From Eledone cirrhosa (taxonomy: Eukaryota), in contig OZ024743.1 in the NCBI GenBank assembly GCA_964016885.1, positions 183,210,001-183,274,000 on the forward strand: a DNA stretch of 64,000 nucleotides, written 5' to 3'. The notes beneath the pieces are model-generated. The model worked only from the letters and a program-made list of their open reading frames with translations, ran no database searches and had not been told where the DNA came from. Both the position numbers and the translations under genes were made by a program. Positions 63,696 through 64,000 of this stretch are shown piece by piece (the stretch's first letter is position 1; each line of letters opens with the position of its first letter).

Positions 63696-64000
63696 TCATC
63701 ATCATCATCACCGTTTTACGTCGGTTCTTCCACGCTAGCATGGGTTAGATGGGTTGTCCTGTTGTGGGCAGTAGCTGGTCGGCTGACCATGCTTTGTTCA
63801 TACGGGAACTGATTCTGGCTTGATTTCTACAGCTGGATGCCCTTCCTAACACCAACCTCATTTACAGTGAGTGCTGGGTGCTTTTTTGCCGTTCGCGTAT
63901 ATTACTATTACACATCTATCAGAGCATGCAGGCTTCATTTCTTTCTAATCTATGGAAGTCTTCTACAGACAGCGCCCAGGTCTCACTACCATGTAACATT
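63692..64000 (-). mobile_element. RTE 3' UTR joined to an ORF fragment, running off the window
   Basis: (CAT)n tail and UTR, then an abrupt join at ~63888 to LHGSETWAL...LERNEACML. Confidence 0.85.

Overview
Repeat-dominated, AT-rich animal genomic DNA. The SINE and RTE families and the huge (TA/CA)n fields suggest an octopus or other cephalopod (inference). The first ~16 kb is an almost unbroken purine/pyrimidine-alternating compound microsatellite, and its giant six-frame 'ORFs' are artefacts. The only host coding sequence I can support is an 88-nt first exon on the minus strand (24193-24280) resembling the N-terminus of the senju-type SLC35A nucleotide-sugar transporter, next to a probable bidirectional promoter. 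The rest is nested mobile DNA: one intact APE-RT RTE LINE ORF (54644-57757) with many truncated relatives, two CRE-like RT-RLE elements, a CR1, a Tx1-like fragment, decayed Tc1/mariner and hAT transposases, MITEs, tRNA-derived SINEs and three minisatellites. The most interesting signal is a set of mutually unrelated fold-back elements (25514-27032, 49258-49670, 58194-58712). Each carries a minimal type I hammerhead-ribozyme fold pointing outward from the centre, and all share the non-canonical core CCGANGA instead of CUGANGA. One element shows a circularly permuted ~317-nt unit, consistent with Penelope-mobilised retrozyme-like RNAs.
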